Of a stretch of 64,000 nucleotides of DNA, positions 1 through 14,639 are shown one piece after another. The stretch is from Octopus vulgaris. Lineage: Eukaryota. A program made the position numbers and the translations under genes. Numbering within the stretch: the first letter of the stretch is position 1; the number at the start of each line of letters is the position of its first letter. The notes below the pieces were generated by a model. That model was not told where the DNA came from. It made no database searches and saw only the letters and a program-made list of their open reading frames with translations. The stretch lies in contig OX597823.1 in assembly GCA_951406725.2 (NCBI GenBank), positions 94,984,001 through 95,048,000 on the forward strand, read 5' to 3'.

Positions 1-540
1 CTGGCGAATATAGCGGTTGTGGAAGCGATGCCATGTTGCTTTGGCGGGAAACTCACAGGTGAGGAGAGCTCGGTGACAGGGGGCACTGTCATCGTTAAGA
101 ATTTTAATTCTTTGTTCTCCACAAATCCGATCGCTTTCGCCGAATGTCCTCCCTCAAACGCTTCAAAACCTCGTTCGTTGCCATCCGTCCATCCTCAGGC
201 ACAAGCTGATCAATGCTCTAAACATTTCCGGTAGGTGGCGCTCGTAGCAGGTCTTCCTGAAGGTTCATCGTCTCACAGGGACGTTCTTCCGCTTTTGAAG
301 CATCCGTGCCACTTGAAACTGCGAACAACTCATTGCCTCATCATCGTAAGATTCCTGAAGCATGCTCAATGTCACTGTAGCAGACTTGCCAAGTTTGACG
401 AAAAATTTCACGTTGGTTCTTTGTTTCAACTTCCTGTCCTTGTCAAAAAGAGCAGACTACACCATATACGTGATCCCAAGAACACAAATTTTACAACTTG
501 CGAATACAGGAATGTCACTTGGCACACTGCCTCATGAAGA
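1..540 (-). mobile_element. Internally deleted mariner transposon remnant (same family as 44950-46070)
   Basis: Minus strand encodes KQRTNVKFFVKLGKSAT, FKWHGCFKSGRTSL..DEPSGRP and a DSAPCH...P.YSP remnant. Nucleotide similarity to 44950-46070. Confidence 0.75.
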
Positions 541-736
541 CTGTTGCCTTTCCACTCAGAGCAACGAAACATTTCTTGCGTAATGAGATAAAACAAAGTT
601 GTTGATATGATTAAAACATCTGAAAGAGCTCCTTCTAATCGATGAGAGCAAACAAAGAATAAAACACAGAACATAACTGAACTTGCATTCAAATTTAAAA
701 GTGAATATTTATGGTGTTTTATTGTTGGTTGCTTAC

Positions 737-891
737 CAAAGACAACTGAGGGAATGTAGGATCCAGCACCACCAACAGCAGTGAGAAAACGTAACACATA
801 TATGGCATAAATGTTGGAGATGAAGGCCGTTGCTATTCCGGTTGACCCTTGCAGAAATAAACACACAATTATCACTTTTTTGCGACCAAAT
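737..891 (-). CDS. SLC22-like gene A, 155-nt exon (MFS motif A, TM3-TM4); gene continues beyond left edge
   Basis: ctttttcag| acceptor and G|GTAAGC donor. Translates (R)FGRKKVIIVCLFLQGSTGIATAFISNIYAIYVLRFLTAVGGAGSYIPSVVF, completing the SDRFGRK motif with the previous exon. Confidence 0.93.
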
Positions 892-959
892 CTGAAAAAG
901 ATTGAAGAGACAAACTTAAAATTCACCTGATTAAATACACACAAACACACACTGTCCTT

Positions 960-1800
960 CCTGCACCTATAGGCTGCATCAGTTCTTCCTTTACGCAGAA
1001 GAGTAACAGTCCATAAAGAACAGATAAATCTCCCACAACACCGTCAAATTCCATTCAGTAGCCACATAGACTCTTGCGTTAGAGATAAAAATCCCAAATT
1101 TCACATACTCCCTTTCTACCAATGTAAAGACAGAATCTCTACACAAGGAAGAATCAACAAGGAGAATCTTTTTATTGAAAAATTCCAAACGCGACTTAAT
1201 ATGCAAACTCCACGGTGACCATATTCCTTTTTCTAGCGTCCTATCTGACAAAAATTGATATAAGCATCCTGTTTGACAAAAAAATCAATCATCCCAATTA
1301 AAGAGCATAAAATCCACAGAATTGTCTCCCCTTACTCACAGGAACTGTATAACTCCTACCCCATTTCCTGTTTTGACACATTTTCACCCAACTCTTTAAA
1401 CTAAACACTACATTTAAGCACGTGCATCCTAATCCTCCAAAGAAGTTTTTCCAAGGACTATTATTGAACTCTAAAAGCATAAGACACTACAATGTATTGG
1501 TATACTTATTTATTAATTTTTGTATATATGTACTATTATTTTTTTGAAAAAACATTGTAAGTTTCTTTTTTTCCCTTCCTCAATTCTAAAAACATTCTTT
1601 TCCCCTTCCAAATCTTGAAAATTTGCCTTGCTATGAAAACTGGTTTGATTTATTATTTTTTTCTTTTTTAATTTTTCATACACCCATTTTTATTAAGATT
1701 TACTTTCAATTTTTCCTCTCCTATCATTTCTCTGCCTTATAATTTTTCTTCTCCTATCATTTCTCCACGTGTGGTTAAATACAACCCCACCATTTACTGA
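960..1800 (+). mobile_element. Penelope-like element 3' fragment (GIY-YIG C-terminus + pLTR)
   Basis: Encodes HIDSCVRDKNPKFHILPFYQCKD...RINKENLFIEKFQTRLNMQTPR*, nearly the same peptide as 31515-31790. The 3' end matches 31920-32165 and is followed by (TA)n. Confidence 0.75.
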
Positions 1801-1896
<96 letters not shown>

Positions 1897-1988
1897 AACA
1901 TATGTATGAAATATGCAAAAATGTAAAATATAAAATATAATGCAAACGCTAAACACACCAGCGTGGAGATATGATACACAGAACTTAC

Positions 1989-2092
1989 CTGTCTGATGAA
2001 ATTCCACAAACGACCATGGCGAAAAGGTAGCCCATGAAGAAAAATGTAAAGGCGTGCCTTGCCAGAATCGCATCATCGCAAACGAGATTCAG
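1989..2092 (-). CDS. SLC22-like gene A, 104-nt exon (LVC motif + TM2)
   Basis: ttgtag| acceptor and AG|GTAAGT donor. Translates LNLVCDDAILARHAFTFFFMGYLFAMVVCGISSDR; phase 0->2. Confidence 0.93.
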
Positions 2093-2507
2093 CTACAATG
2101 AGAAATATGAAATTTACTTAATGTATACATTTTATAATTTTGGTAATAATAATTTTATGCTTTGGAAATGTAGAAACACTGTTTCTTGGAAACCCCTTTC
2201 ATAGTCAGTGTGTATTCAAAGGACTTTGTTGTAGGAACAGCGGTCATGTGACACTCCCAGAATGGATTGTGAAATAGGGAAGGATCCAATGTCAAAGGGA
2301 CCACTGTTCATTGGCTCGGGAACAGTGAGAGTACAGCCACTAAAATTTGGTGGTGCAGGGGCAAAGAAAAGGCTTTAAACAACCTCCTAAAAACCTTTTT
2401 CACCAAAAAAGAACAAAAAAAAAATGAACGTGGAGCCATTTTTGGATTGATTTAAGATATTATTTGCCATTATTGGAGCAATCCAATTTTACTAATGCAC
2501 TTATATA

Positions 2508-2589
<82 letters not shown>

Positions 2590-2594
<5 letters not shown>

Positions 2595-3047
2595 TACCAA
2601 GTAAAGTTATGCAGGAGGATGGAGAATTAACGATACTGTGACACTATGATTTTCAGACGGATCGTATAATCGAAGACCGTCGGCCGGATATCGTTATATT
2701 AAATAAGAGAGACAAATACTGTCAGATCATTAACCTAGCCATACCAAATGCCAAGAATGTCGTGAGTAAAGAGGTTGAAAAAATATCACCAAGTACTCCG
2801 AATTGAAAGTGGAAACGACAAGACTGTATGGAATGCGAAAGGGTAATGTAAAAGTGGGTTCAATCCCATTGAAACTTCAAAACTTCCTAAGGCAACTGGA
2901 AATCCCATGCAAGATTAAGGTTTTGCAAAAAGCAGCCTTATTGGGTACAGTGCACACCTTAAGGAAAGTATTATCTGTCTGAAGTCCTTGTTACTTAACA
3001 GATGACTAATGACTCCGGCGCATTTTTACCAACACAGTGTTACGAGG

Positions 3048-3050
<3 letters not shown>
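2590..3050 (+). mobile_element. R4/Dong-like LINE 3' fragment (restriction-like endonuclease)
   Basis: TDRIIEDRRPDIV...IINLAIP...KY..L...LQKAALLGTVHTLRKVLSV*; flanked by (TAA)n on both sides. Confidence 0.8.
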
Positions 3051-3127
<77 letters not shown>

Positions 3128-3129
3128 TG

Positions 3130-3652
3130 TAGCAGGCAGTGGCTTTCATGGCTTCTGATCTTAACTGATTGGAAGTGTTATCATGTACATTGTTTTGTCT
3201 TGGTATAAAAGATGGGCTACAGCAAATATTCTGCTCAATACCACAAATTTGCTTGTCAGTTGTTTGACCTAAACCAGTTGAGCATGTCTCTAAGTGGCTG
3301 ACGATATGTGCATCTCTGATCACGAACAGAAGTAGTGGGAGAGCATCATAGCCATGTGTTGAGAGGGATTCATCTTTGGAAACAGGGGTGGTTCGTTCAA
3401 CGTCCTTAAACAATCCTTATTCAGACACCTTTTCGGCGGGATGGGCTACTCGACCATAAGAAAATTCTAACTGGGCCCCACCTGCAAGGTCATGCGCTGT
3501 TTATCTTGATATGAGATCACCATGTCACGCACATATGGTTGTGATGCATGTGTCTGATGTACCCTTATCAGATGGGTAGTCATGATGGGTATACTGGGCT
3601 TCGTATATTTTAACCCAGTGTCACTTTGATGGCATGCACTTTTCTCTCACTC

Positions 3653-3655
<3 letters not shown>
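3130..3655 (+). repeat. ~530-bp (TAA)n-flanked interspersed repeat, copy 1
   Basis: Reverse-complement match to 35232-35790; both copies sit inside (TAA)n tracts; no recognisable protein. Confidence 0.8.
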
Positions 3656-3717
<62 letters not shown>

Positions 3718-4098
3718 TTATTATAACTGAGTTTGTTTCAATATTAAGATTGAAAAAAGATTGAATTCATTTTATAAAATATTTTGGACCTGGGTTTGCA
3801 CCCCTAGGCAAATTTCATTCCTTCACTTATGCCACCCAGAATATTTTGTGTGGAGGGACTTTGTTGTAAAGATTGTTTTCAAGAATTAGTCTCAGAATCT
3901 TTTCTGACCCAGGAGTTATATTGGAAAGATTATCAATAACCATTGCCAGAACACTTCACGCTATGGCGACAATGTCTTGGAACCACAATCAATATCCAGT
4001 TCCAACATGCATTGCATCATAGAGATGTACTTTTGTAGAAAACTCTATCAATAAAACCCTAGAACTTATTCCATTTTCTTCACTCTTTCATCCTCCAT

Positions 4099-4372
4099 AT
4101 ACCCAGATATCTCCCTGGATAAGATGGTGTCTATTCCCAGATATCTCGCTGGATAAGATGGTGTCTATACCCAGATATCTCTCTGGATAAGATGGTGTCT
4201 ATACCCAGATATCACCCTGGATAAGATGGTGTCTGTACCCAGATATCTCCCTGGATAAGATGGTGTCTATACTTAGATATCTCCCTGGATAAGATGGTGT
4301 CTGTACTCAGACATCTCCCTGGATAAAATGGTGTCTATACACAGATATCTCCCTGGATAAGATGGTGTCTAT
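4099..4372. repeat. Minisatellite, 34-bp unit x8
   Basis: Unit TACCCAGATATCTCCCTGGATAAGATGGTGTCTA recurs every 34 nt with no spacers. Confidence 0.95.
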
Positions 4373-5054
4373 CTTTGTCTTCGACCTTGTCAACCTTGGG
4401 TCTTGTATGAATTATCCTAAACCCATTCTGCCTGTTGCCATGGTTCTCCTCAACTCCTTTGGTATTAGGCATAACCCTGCAACTTTCCATTTCCACTTTG
4501 ATTCCAATTGATGACACCTTCAGGTCCCAACTGTCCCTTATTCTATGATTTCTCTTGTTCAGGTCTGAATTGTTGACCATTGTAATTGATGGGATTTTGA
4601 AGGATGGCAGAGCTTTCAGAGCTGTGTAAAAGAGTTCTCCTGATTGTTAATTAGTAGTAAAGTGACTGGTGGTTCCAGACAGTAAGAAATAGAATTTTTC
4701 AACCATCTTCCCTTTCTCTGGCATCATGGAACTTGATTTGGTAGGTTGTAAGTCTTTCTTGGTAAATTATGTCTTGCAATATTCACCAACTGTTTGGGAC
4801 TAATGCCACCAATGTCAGCTATAAATACTCTTACTGGGGGCTGTCCAACCCCTGACTTAGATGAGGATCTTCCTTATTTCGCCTTCGTCCACATGGTCAC
4901 CATATTTATGGCAATGGCCAACAGGAGAACAAACTGATGCTTGTCTGATGACTTTAACTCTGAAGCGATCAACAGTCAGAAATTCCTGAAGAAATCAAAG
5001 ATCAGGCGGATTCACAGTGATGGGGCAGTGTACATTCATTTTCACGTACACACA

Positions 5055-5116
<62 letters not shown>

Positions 5117-5809
5117 GGCAACACACGCACGCTCGAATAGAATCTTGCAACTAAATTGAAAATAGAATTTAGGAGCAATGTGTATAAAAAAGATCTTGGT
5201 AGAACATAACAACCCTAACCAATTTATAAACATTGATATCCCATCCAAACTGTTTAAGCTGTCTTCATTTCATACTAAACATAAACACACAAATATTACG
5301 CTCTTAATTTCCAACATTCGCTTTTCTTCTCGTGCATGTGGCAGTTATTGCATTGGTGTGTGCATCTAATACTGAGTTTCTCATGATAGTTGTACATATG
5401 TACAGTAATTAAAGGCTGTGACCATGTAAAATCTTTCCGGCATGATTGTGTAGGTGCAAGCATGGCTGTGTAGTAAGAAGTTTGCTTCCCAAGCACATAG
5501 TTCTGGGTTCAGTTCCACTGCATGGCCCCTTGTGTAAGTGTCATCTATTGCTTCTGGTCATATGTATATATATTATATATTATATTAATTATATATATTA
5601 TTCGTTATATATGTATAGGTTTATGTCTATCACTGTTTGAGTTGCATAATAGTGGTTTTATCTCTAATTCATATTTTATATATTTATACATATATATATA
5701 TCATCATCATCATTGTTCGACCGTGGTCGAGACTATATATATATACATGTATGTATATGTATATATGTATATATATATGCATTTATATATATGTATGTAG
5801 GTATATATA

Positions 5810-6558
5810 TATGAGCACTCCTCCATCTTTCCATCAGTTGCAGTTTGCTTCCTTAATACCCCCCTTTTGTACACACACGCACACACATACATACACCCAC
5901 TCCCACGCACTCACACACACACATTTGCATATATATATACATTACACTTACACACACTTCAAATTTACTTGCCATACACACAACTACGCACACTGGACAC
6001 ACACACACTACCACTCAACACACACACTGGCACGTTACACACGCCCCCACCCATTCCCTCCTTCTTCCTTTTACTACTGACCACTCACTTGATACTGCTA
6101 TGTCAACTACTTTTCGCCCTACGTACACACACTTACATACAGACGCACGCACTAACATATACATATATTTTTTTATCTCGCCTCACACACACATACACAC
6201 ACGCACACGTACACACACATACACACACGCACACGTACACACTCACACATACATACACATCATTCTTGTTACCAACCCTCCTGTCTCCGCTCTTTTGTCT
6301 TTAAAAACCAGCCCTTGTTATCCAAAACTTCCGGCCTTTCAGCATGTTTATTTCGTAAAAACCAGTCGCGTTTTTTTCCCCTCTGTTCGCCCACATCGGG
6401 ATCTTTCTTTCTTCTTTCTTCCTTCTCTTATGTTTCCGACGAAGAGCTCCGCTCGAAACGTCATACCCTCCTTCTTCCATTTTTCCCGAGCGCCTAATAA
6501 TGATAATACTTTAATTGTTCCACGTATTGTTGTTTTTTCTGTTTTCCCGTTTGGATTA

Positions 6559-6565
<7 letters not shown>
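5810..6565 (+). mobile_element. PLE 3' end/pLTR family (CA-rich body + minimal HHR motif), copy 1
   Basis: Matches 21090-21600 and 51595-51802 (both minus). Contains CCGACGA-AGAGC-tcc-GCTC-GAAACGTC at 6436-6462 and ends at (TA)n. Confidence 0.7.
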
Positions 6566-6611
<46 letters not shown>

Positions 6612-7379
6612 GTATGTATGCGTGTTTGTGTGTGTGCGTGCGTGTGTGTGTGTGTGTGTTCGTTCCTCACCACTGCTTGACAACCGAGTTTGGTGTGTTT
6701 ACAGTCCCGTAACTTAAGAGTTCAGCACAAGTGAGCAATATATTAAATACCAGGCTTTAAAGAAAAACAATAACTATTGAGGTCGATTGTCCAAGTAGAA
6801 GTCTTCGAGCATTGCCCCAGCATGACCACAGTCTAATGACTGAAACCAGTAAAAGATAAAAGATAACGGAAATTTATGGTTATGGGAAATGCTTATCTAT
6901 GACGGTTGCAAAGTCTCAAACAAAATTATATTGAGCAACGAATGAAAAGAAGTTAAATATTGCAACGCCCCCTTTTTATAGAATGCAGATACCATGAAAT
7001 TGTATGAATTCACACAGCAACAAGTTCTGAATGATTCTTTCATATAACATTTCAATGTTTGTATTGTTAAAGCTGTTAATCACAATGTCCTCTTTGTCAA
7101 CTAAAGCGAAAATAAAATAACTTTTATATTTTTGAGAAATATTCAATATTCAAGATTTGAAGAGGTCAACTTTACTTCTTTCCATTAACAACTTGAATGT
7201 TTTTCAAGATCATAGCTAACAGTTTTACACACACACACACATACACACACATGATGTATAAACATACATACATATGTATATATACATACATCTGTATTTA
7301 TATACATACACACATATATACGTGTATACGTCTATATATAGACTCATATATTTTAGTAAGATAATAGGGTAATGCTGTT

Positions 7380-8848
<1,469 letters not shown>

Positions 8849-8946
8849 TATAATAATATCCTGTAAATTCCTTTGTCCTTCACTCGCTTCAGGACGATGG
8901 GTGTGTTTCGGCAAGTAACTGTAACACAGTTGCAGATTAAAAGTAA

Positions 8947-9000
<54 letters not shown>

Positions 9001-9009
9001 GGGGAAGAA

Positions 9010-9690
9010 GAAGTAAAATTAAAAGTACAACAGACTACTTTTAATAATTACGTGGATCTGAATGCCTTGTAATTAATAACCTTCAGAAAAATTCAAACAA
9101 TAAATCAACTCTGAAATCCATCAAAATACCACGTGACTATAAAGTATGTGGAATCAATTAAAGATAACTATTCTATAAATAACCACTCCCAACTAGCCAA
9201 GAACATTTGCCAACTTCAACAAACAATGTTGCTTCTGAAATTTATCCAACCAATCAGTTGAGAAAAACAACTCATCGAAGAATGTGATGGTTAACTACAA
9301 CTACAAAGCCTAATTCAAATTAATAACGGAGGAAAGCTCCTTTTCAAACAATGTCATACTTATATACCCTGAAGAGATTGTACTAATAATGCATAAATCG
9401 CTGCATATGCAATATACAACAATATGCAATTAATACGATCGAAACACGTGTCGGATAGTTATTATGAATAAACTAACTGGAATTTAACATAAAGTTTGAA
9501 TGTTCAAATTCTTCATTCTCCTTATTATCAATATTGTACTTTACACTCTATATAGCCAATAAATAAACTGTAACTCGGATGTTAAAGGAAGTTTACCATA
9601 AAATGCACCATCTCAAGGAACCAGCCTTGGCATTCTAAATAGAGAAATTCGGTATCTGCTTGGATATTATATCCCTTCTCCTATTATAAA
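9010..9690 (+). mobile_element. Decayed PLE 3' end carrying a hammerhead ribozyme
   Basis: Weak GIY-YIG C-terminal remnant (SQLAKNICQL) followed by a canonical HHR at 9363-9457. Confidence 0.55.
9363..9457 (+). ncRNA. Type I hammerhead ribozyme
   Basis: CTGAAGA (9369-9375), stem II GATTGTA/TACGATC, GAAA, palindromic stem III CACGTG, GTC cleavage after 9452, bulged stem I. Confidence 0.75.
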
Positions 9691-9692
9691 TA

Positions 9693-10965
9693 CGAGGGAC
9701 GTTCAATAAGTAATGCCTCTGACCCACTTGCAGTTGTTTGATCTAGCTGAAATTTTGTATGTGCAATCATTCATATCTCTATAGAGTAAGCGGTAAATTA
9801 CAGCTCTGAATTAATTGTGGTTTCTGATTTACATGTGTTTGAACCGAGCCAAGTGTGAAATGGAGCCTGTTGAATGTCGAGCAGTGATCCGGTTTTTGTA
9901 TTTGAAAGGACGCACACCACGGGAGACTTTTGATGAAATGAAAGTAACTTATGGTGATGATGCCCCATCATATGACCTTGTAAAACGCTGGCATCGTGAA
10001 TTCAAACATGGTCGGAACTCTGTGGAAACAGCTCCCAGATCTGGTCGCCCCTTCTGCCATTGATGAGGCATCTGTCCGTCAAGTTGAGGCTGCCATTTTG
10101 GAAGATCGACGCATAATTATTCGCCAAATAGCCCATGAGGTCAAGATTAGTACCGGATCTATGGAAACTATCATTCATGACCATTTGCATATGCAAAAGG
10201 TGTCTGCCAGATGGATTCCCAGGTTGCTCACGCCTTTCCAGAAGCAAGAACGCGTCGAGTGCTCGAGGGTGAATTTAGAGATGTGCCAAAAAGATGAGTC
10301 AAAATTTTTCAAAAGACTGATTACACAGGATGAAACCTGGGTCCATCACGATGATCCAGAGACCAAAGCCCAGTCAATGCAGTGGAAGCACCGTGACTCA
10401 CCCCCCCAAAGAAGGCAAGGGTGCAGCCCTCCGCTGGCAAGGTCATGCTCACAGTCTTCTGGGACCAGGACGGAGTAGTGATGACAGATTTCCTGGCAAA
10501 GAGTACCACAATTGCAGGAGCTTATTATGCTTCACTTTTGAGGAAATTAAGAGAAGTTATCAAAATCAAGAGGCAGGGCAAGATCAGCAAAGGCATCCTC
10601 CTCCTGCAGGACAACGCTCCGGTCCACAACTCGCTTGTCGCCAGATCAGAAGCACAGGCGTATGGCTATGAACTCCTCCCCCATCCCCCTACTTTCCTGA
10701 CCTTGCACCATCTGATTTTCACCTCTTCCCAGTCATGAAGTTGTTTTTGAAAGGAAAGCGTTTTCCAGATGATGCAGCCTTGATTTCTGAAGTCACGTCG
10801 TTGTTGGAGGAGCAAAAAAAACGGTCTCCAGAGCTGCATCAAACAATGGGAGAAATGCGTAACTCTGGGTGGTTCCTATGTAGAAAAGACTAATAACTGT
10901 GCCAAGTTTCGTTGCTCTACTGCTATGGGAAGTGGGTCAGGGGCATTACGTATTGAACGCCCCTC

Positions 10966-10966
<1 letters not shown>
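9693..10966 (+). mobile_element. Full-length mariner (DD34D, irritans-like), frameshifted
   Basis: TIRs CGAGGGACGTTCAATAAGTAATGC / GCATTACGTATTGAACGCCCCTCG with TA at left. Transposase split over ORFs 9815-10063, 9996-10478 and 10421-10738 with WIPRLL, DETW, SAGKVM, DNAPVH and APSDFHLF. Confidence 0.95.
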
Positions 10967-11046
<80 letters not shown>

Positions 11047-11114
11047 CGTGTGTGTGTATGTGTGTGTATATATGTATATATATATACACATATATACATA
11101 TACACACATATTTT

Positions 11115-11171
<57 letters not shown>

Positions 11172-11365
11172 GCATACATACATATATATATATGTATATT
11201 TATAAATACATATATATGTATATATATATATATATACATTATAGATACATATGTGTGTGTATGGATAGATAGATTGATAGGTGGCGAGTAAGACAGTTTG
11301 GTAGGTAGATAGAATGATAAACAGATTAGCTTACATGTGGCGTGTGACTTTCAAAAGAACCTTAC

Positions 11366-11588
11366 CTCAGTGGTGATTGAGTTGTGCGTGTTGGTTTTAT
11401 CATACACCCAAGAGCTGCACTTCTGTGTCGTTCGATTTCCATTTTCTGTGGTATTGGAATATATCAAACATTTATCATAAACCACCTCCCCTTCATCCTC
11501 ACTCTTTGGAATATATTCGTTGATCAGTTCTTCATGGATTTCACTTTGGATTTTATAAGTGTCATTGTTGTAACCAGGAATAGCACAC
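11366..11588 (-). CDS. SLC22-like gene A, exon encoding the large extracellular loop (not in ORF track)
   Basis: tttcctag| acceptor and GAG|GTAAGG donor; 223 nt, phase 2->0. Translates (R)CAIPGYNNDTYKIQSEIHEELINEYIPKSEDEGEVVYDKCLIYSNTTENGNRTTQKCSSWVYDKTNTHNSITTE, with the SLC22 loop cysteines, N-glycosylation sequons, WxYD and the STIVTE-like motif. Phases join both neighbouring exons. Confidence 0.93.
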
Positions 11589-11679
11589 CTAGGAAAATAT
11601 ACAAAATAGGTTTCTTTGATCTTTCATTTAAATTTAGTTACATCTTCTGTGGCGTCACCCTAAGAAGCTTGCTTCTCAA

Positions 11680-11850
11680 CCATTTCGCCTGAAATATAAA
11701 TAGGGTCTGAAGACTTTCGTCCTGGAATATAAGATGTTTCTCAGGTCAAGAGACTTCTTTAATATTCTCGCCCGTTCCGCTATGCACAGCTTGCAACTAC
11801 ATTGATGTAGGGCACCATTTTTTCTAGGATCTGCCTTGTGAATACCTATG
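11680..11850 (-). mobile_element. PLE GIY-YIG C-terminal remnant
   Basis: CSCKLCIAERARILKKSLDLRNILYSRTKVF resembles the CxLC..E...I...LN.R.E tail also seen at 25850-27050. Confidence 0.45.
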
Positions 11851-12242
11851 GAGTCCCTTCGTCCTTCGGCGTCACGGCTGGCCAAAGACATGGCATAACG
11901 TCTTCCCGGGATCCTTAACGAGGACTCGTGGTTGGAGAGGCGCTGCTTGAAGGTGTTTCCGGAACGTCCGATATATTTTTGAATGCTGCTATTGCCGTCG
12001 CTGCTTCTGGTGATGTTGTTGACACTGTTACTTCAGCTGTTGTCGGCGCTGGTGTTGGCGTCGTTAATGCTGGTGTAGGGGACATCATCAGTGGCGAAGT
12101 TGGTGTTGGTGCTGTTGTTGTCATTGTTCGCGTCTCCGTTGGTGTTGCTACAACCATCGTCGATGTTGGAGCCGTTGTCTGCGCTATAGTGGTTGTAGTT
12201 ATTCTTGTTGTTTTTGTTATCATTATAAGCATTATCATTAAT

Positions 12243-12470
12243 GCGGCGACCTGGCAGAATCGTTAGCACGCCGGGCGAAATGCGTACCCGTATTTCGTTT
12301 GCCGTTACGTTCTGAGTTCAAATTCCGTCGAGGTCGGCTTTGCCTTTCATCCTTTCGGGGTCGATTAAATAAGTACCAGTTACGCGCTGGGGTCGATGTA
12401 ATCGACTCAATCCCTTACCCTAAATTTCAGGCCTTATGCTTAAAGTAGAAATTATTATTATTATTATTAT
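12243..12470 (+). mobile_element. tRNA-derived SINE family 1
   Basis: A-box (TGGCAGAATCG), B-box (GAGTTCAAATTCC), central GCCTTTCATCCTTTCGGGGTCGAT..AAATAAGTACCAG block and (ATT)n tail. Other copies at ~37520-37720(+), 37740-38440(-, split), 40683-40897(-), 45083-45290(+) and ~59990-60100(-). Confidence 0.85.
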
Positions 12471-12609
12471 CATTAGCGAGCGTGCTGCTGCTATTTCTGG
12501 TCTAGTTGCTGCCGTGGCTATTATTAATAACAGCGATGGTGTTGCTGCTGGGTCTGTTACTGCCGTAATTGCTGGAAGAGTTTCTGCTGCTGTTAGGGTC
12601 AGGTAGTAC

Positions 12610-13000
12610 TTCACTAACGTAACGTAACAGGCACCTATGCCAATGGCATGGTTTTCACATAACTGGCACCCGTGCCAGGGCCACGTAAAAGGCACCTTTC
12701 GAGTGTTGAGGCTCAAGAGGGCAATGGCAAATGACCGAGCCCTTTGGCAATATGTTGTATTTGAGTAGAAGACCCATCAAGCAAAATGAAATCGTAATCG
12801 TGGCAGATACTAGTGCCATGCAACTGGCACGTAAAAGCACCCGTTACACTCTTGGAGTGGTTGACGTTAGGTAGGACATCCAGCCATAGAAACCATATCA
12901 AATCACACAGGAGTTTGGTTCAGCCCCTCAACTTAGCAGCCTTGGTCAAACGGACCAACCTATGCCATGGACAATAGACGTTAAATGATGATGATGACGA
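12610..13000 (+). mobile_element. RTE-type LINE 3'UTR fragment
   Basis: Matches the 3' end of the RTE at 46185-46500 and ends in a (TGA)n tail. A similar fragment lies at ~13850-14050. Confidence 0.75.
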
Positions 13001-13329
13001 TGCCACTTCAGCCTCGTACACGACCCACTTAGTTTCACACTGGCCTCCCACTGACCATCTGCTGTAGTCCCTGCATGTGCATTCTGCTACCGCTTGTGCT
13101 CTACGGGTGTTAACTAAAGTATTCTTAATACTGGGGGTGCAGCTAAAAGAGAGACTCTTAGGTTGTGTCAGTTGAATAGGAGTCCATACCTATGCGATAG
13201 TGTAAAGGGCCTATCTACTAGCCTAAGGAATATCCTATCTGGGTAACCCTATGAACTGGCCATAACTAACTTTCTCCTGTTCTATAACACAGAGCGTGCT
13301 TATCTTTCGGATTTATGATTTATTGACGA

Positions 13330-13710
13330 TATGGCTGTGTGGTAAGTAGCTTGCTTACCAACCACATGGTTTCGGGTTCAGTCCCACCGCTTGGCACCTT
13401 GGGCAAGTGTCTTCTACTATAACCTCAGGCCAACCAAAGCCTTGTGAGCGGATTTGGTAGACGGAAACTGCAAGAAGCCCGTCGTATATGTGTGTGTAAA
13501 TGTTCGTGTGTCTGTGTTTGTCACCCCGTCGTTGCTTGACAACCGATGTTGGTGTGTTTACATCCCCATAAGTCAGCGGTTCGGCAAAAGATACCGATAG
13601 AATAAGAATAAGGTTTACAAAGTGTAAATCCTAGGATCGATTTGTTCGACTAAAAGCGGTGCTCCAGTATGGCTGCAGTAAATGACTAAAGCATATAAAA
13701 GAATAATAGA
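13330..13710 (+). mobile_element. tRNA-derived SINE family 2 (CORE-like)
   Basis: GGCTGTGTGGTAAG...GGGTTCAGTCCC head, ACCTTGGGCAAGT core, internal (TG)n and a CAGCATGGCCGCAGTC...TGACTGAAAC tail. Other full or partial copies at ~5455, 6660-6865, 16680-16860, 17120-17415, 17510-17735(-), 25060-25240, 25350-25690(-), 29820-30220(-), 32320-32500, 56640-56860(-), 57400-57510(-) and 63345-63515. Confidence 0.85.
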
Positions 13711-14071
13711 ATATATATGTATATATATATAATACACACACATACTTACACAAACATATGTATGTATGTATGTATGTATGTAGGTAGGTAGGTGTGTAAG
13801 TAGGTAGGCATGTGTATGCGCGTGTGCAGTGTGTATGTGTGTTTCCTTGTCTAGACATCAATGATGGTTGTAAATGAGAATCACCAACATACGAGAGGGG
13901 TTGTTTGTTTCCATTCAGTCTTCCATGGAAGATGTTGACTATGAGAACTTGCTTGGAAATGGGTGAGGGCATCTGGCCGTAGAAAATTATTGCCGCAAAT
14001 TCCGCCTGATTCATTTAAGCATGGAAATATGGACATTAAATGATGACGATTTATATTCCACACAAGATCTA

Positions 14072-14126
<55 letters not shown>

Positions 14127-14455
14127 ACACATGTATATATATATATATATATACGCAATGTTGTCTGTAGCATTTTAAAATCACAGCCTTCTCTCTTTCT
14201 TCAATTCAAAGTGAATGAATGAGCACCAACAATTATTTGAATTTAAAATAAAGAAATTCTATCCATTGTCCAAGAAGACGAACGTGTCGATGTTGTTGTA
14301 TTCCTAATCTTCAGACGGCGAAAGGAAAGTAAGGAACAATGAGTACCACTCAAATACATTTTTAAAAAATGGTTAAAACTGAGATTTCTAAAGGAGAATT
14401 TTATAAAACATTACACAAATATGTAAAATTTCGATCAATCTATCTTTCGTCATCG

Positions 14456-14492
<37 letters not shown>

Positions 14493-14639
14493 GTCTTTAT
14501 CTGTAGAAAGAAAAAACAAAATGAAAGAAATATCTTTCTATTCTACTTTTAAACCAAACTTATTTAAGCTGTTTTTCAGACATTTTATTTATTTTATTTT
14601 ATACAGATTATCTAAAGCTGTTTCAAGTGTGTATATTAA

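Noticed and set aside
4099-4372. 34-bp repeat array of CRISPR-like unit length
   Set aside because: Units are contiguous with no unique spacers, there are no cas genes, and the context is eukaryotic; it is a minisatellite.
11915-12269. Thr/Pro-rich mucin-like ORF
   Set aside because: Degenerate GTT/GCT trinucleotide sequence open in several frames; no supported splice sites; phases of the flanking SLC22 exons already join.
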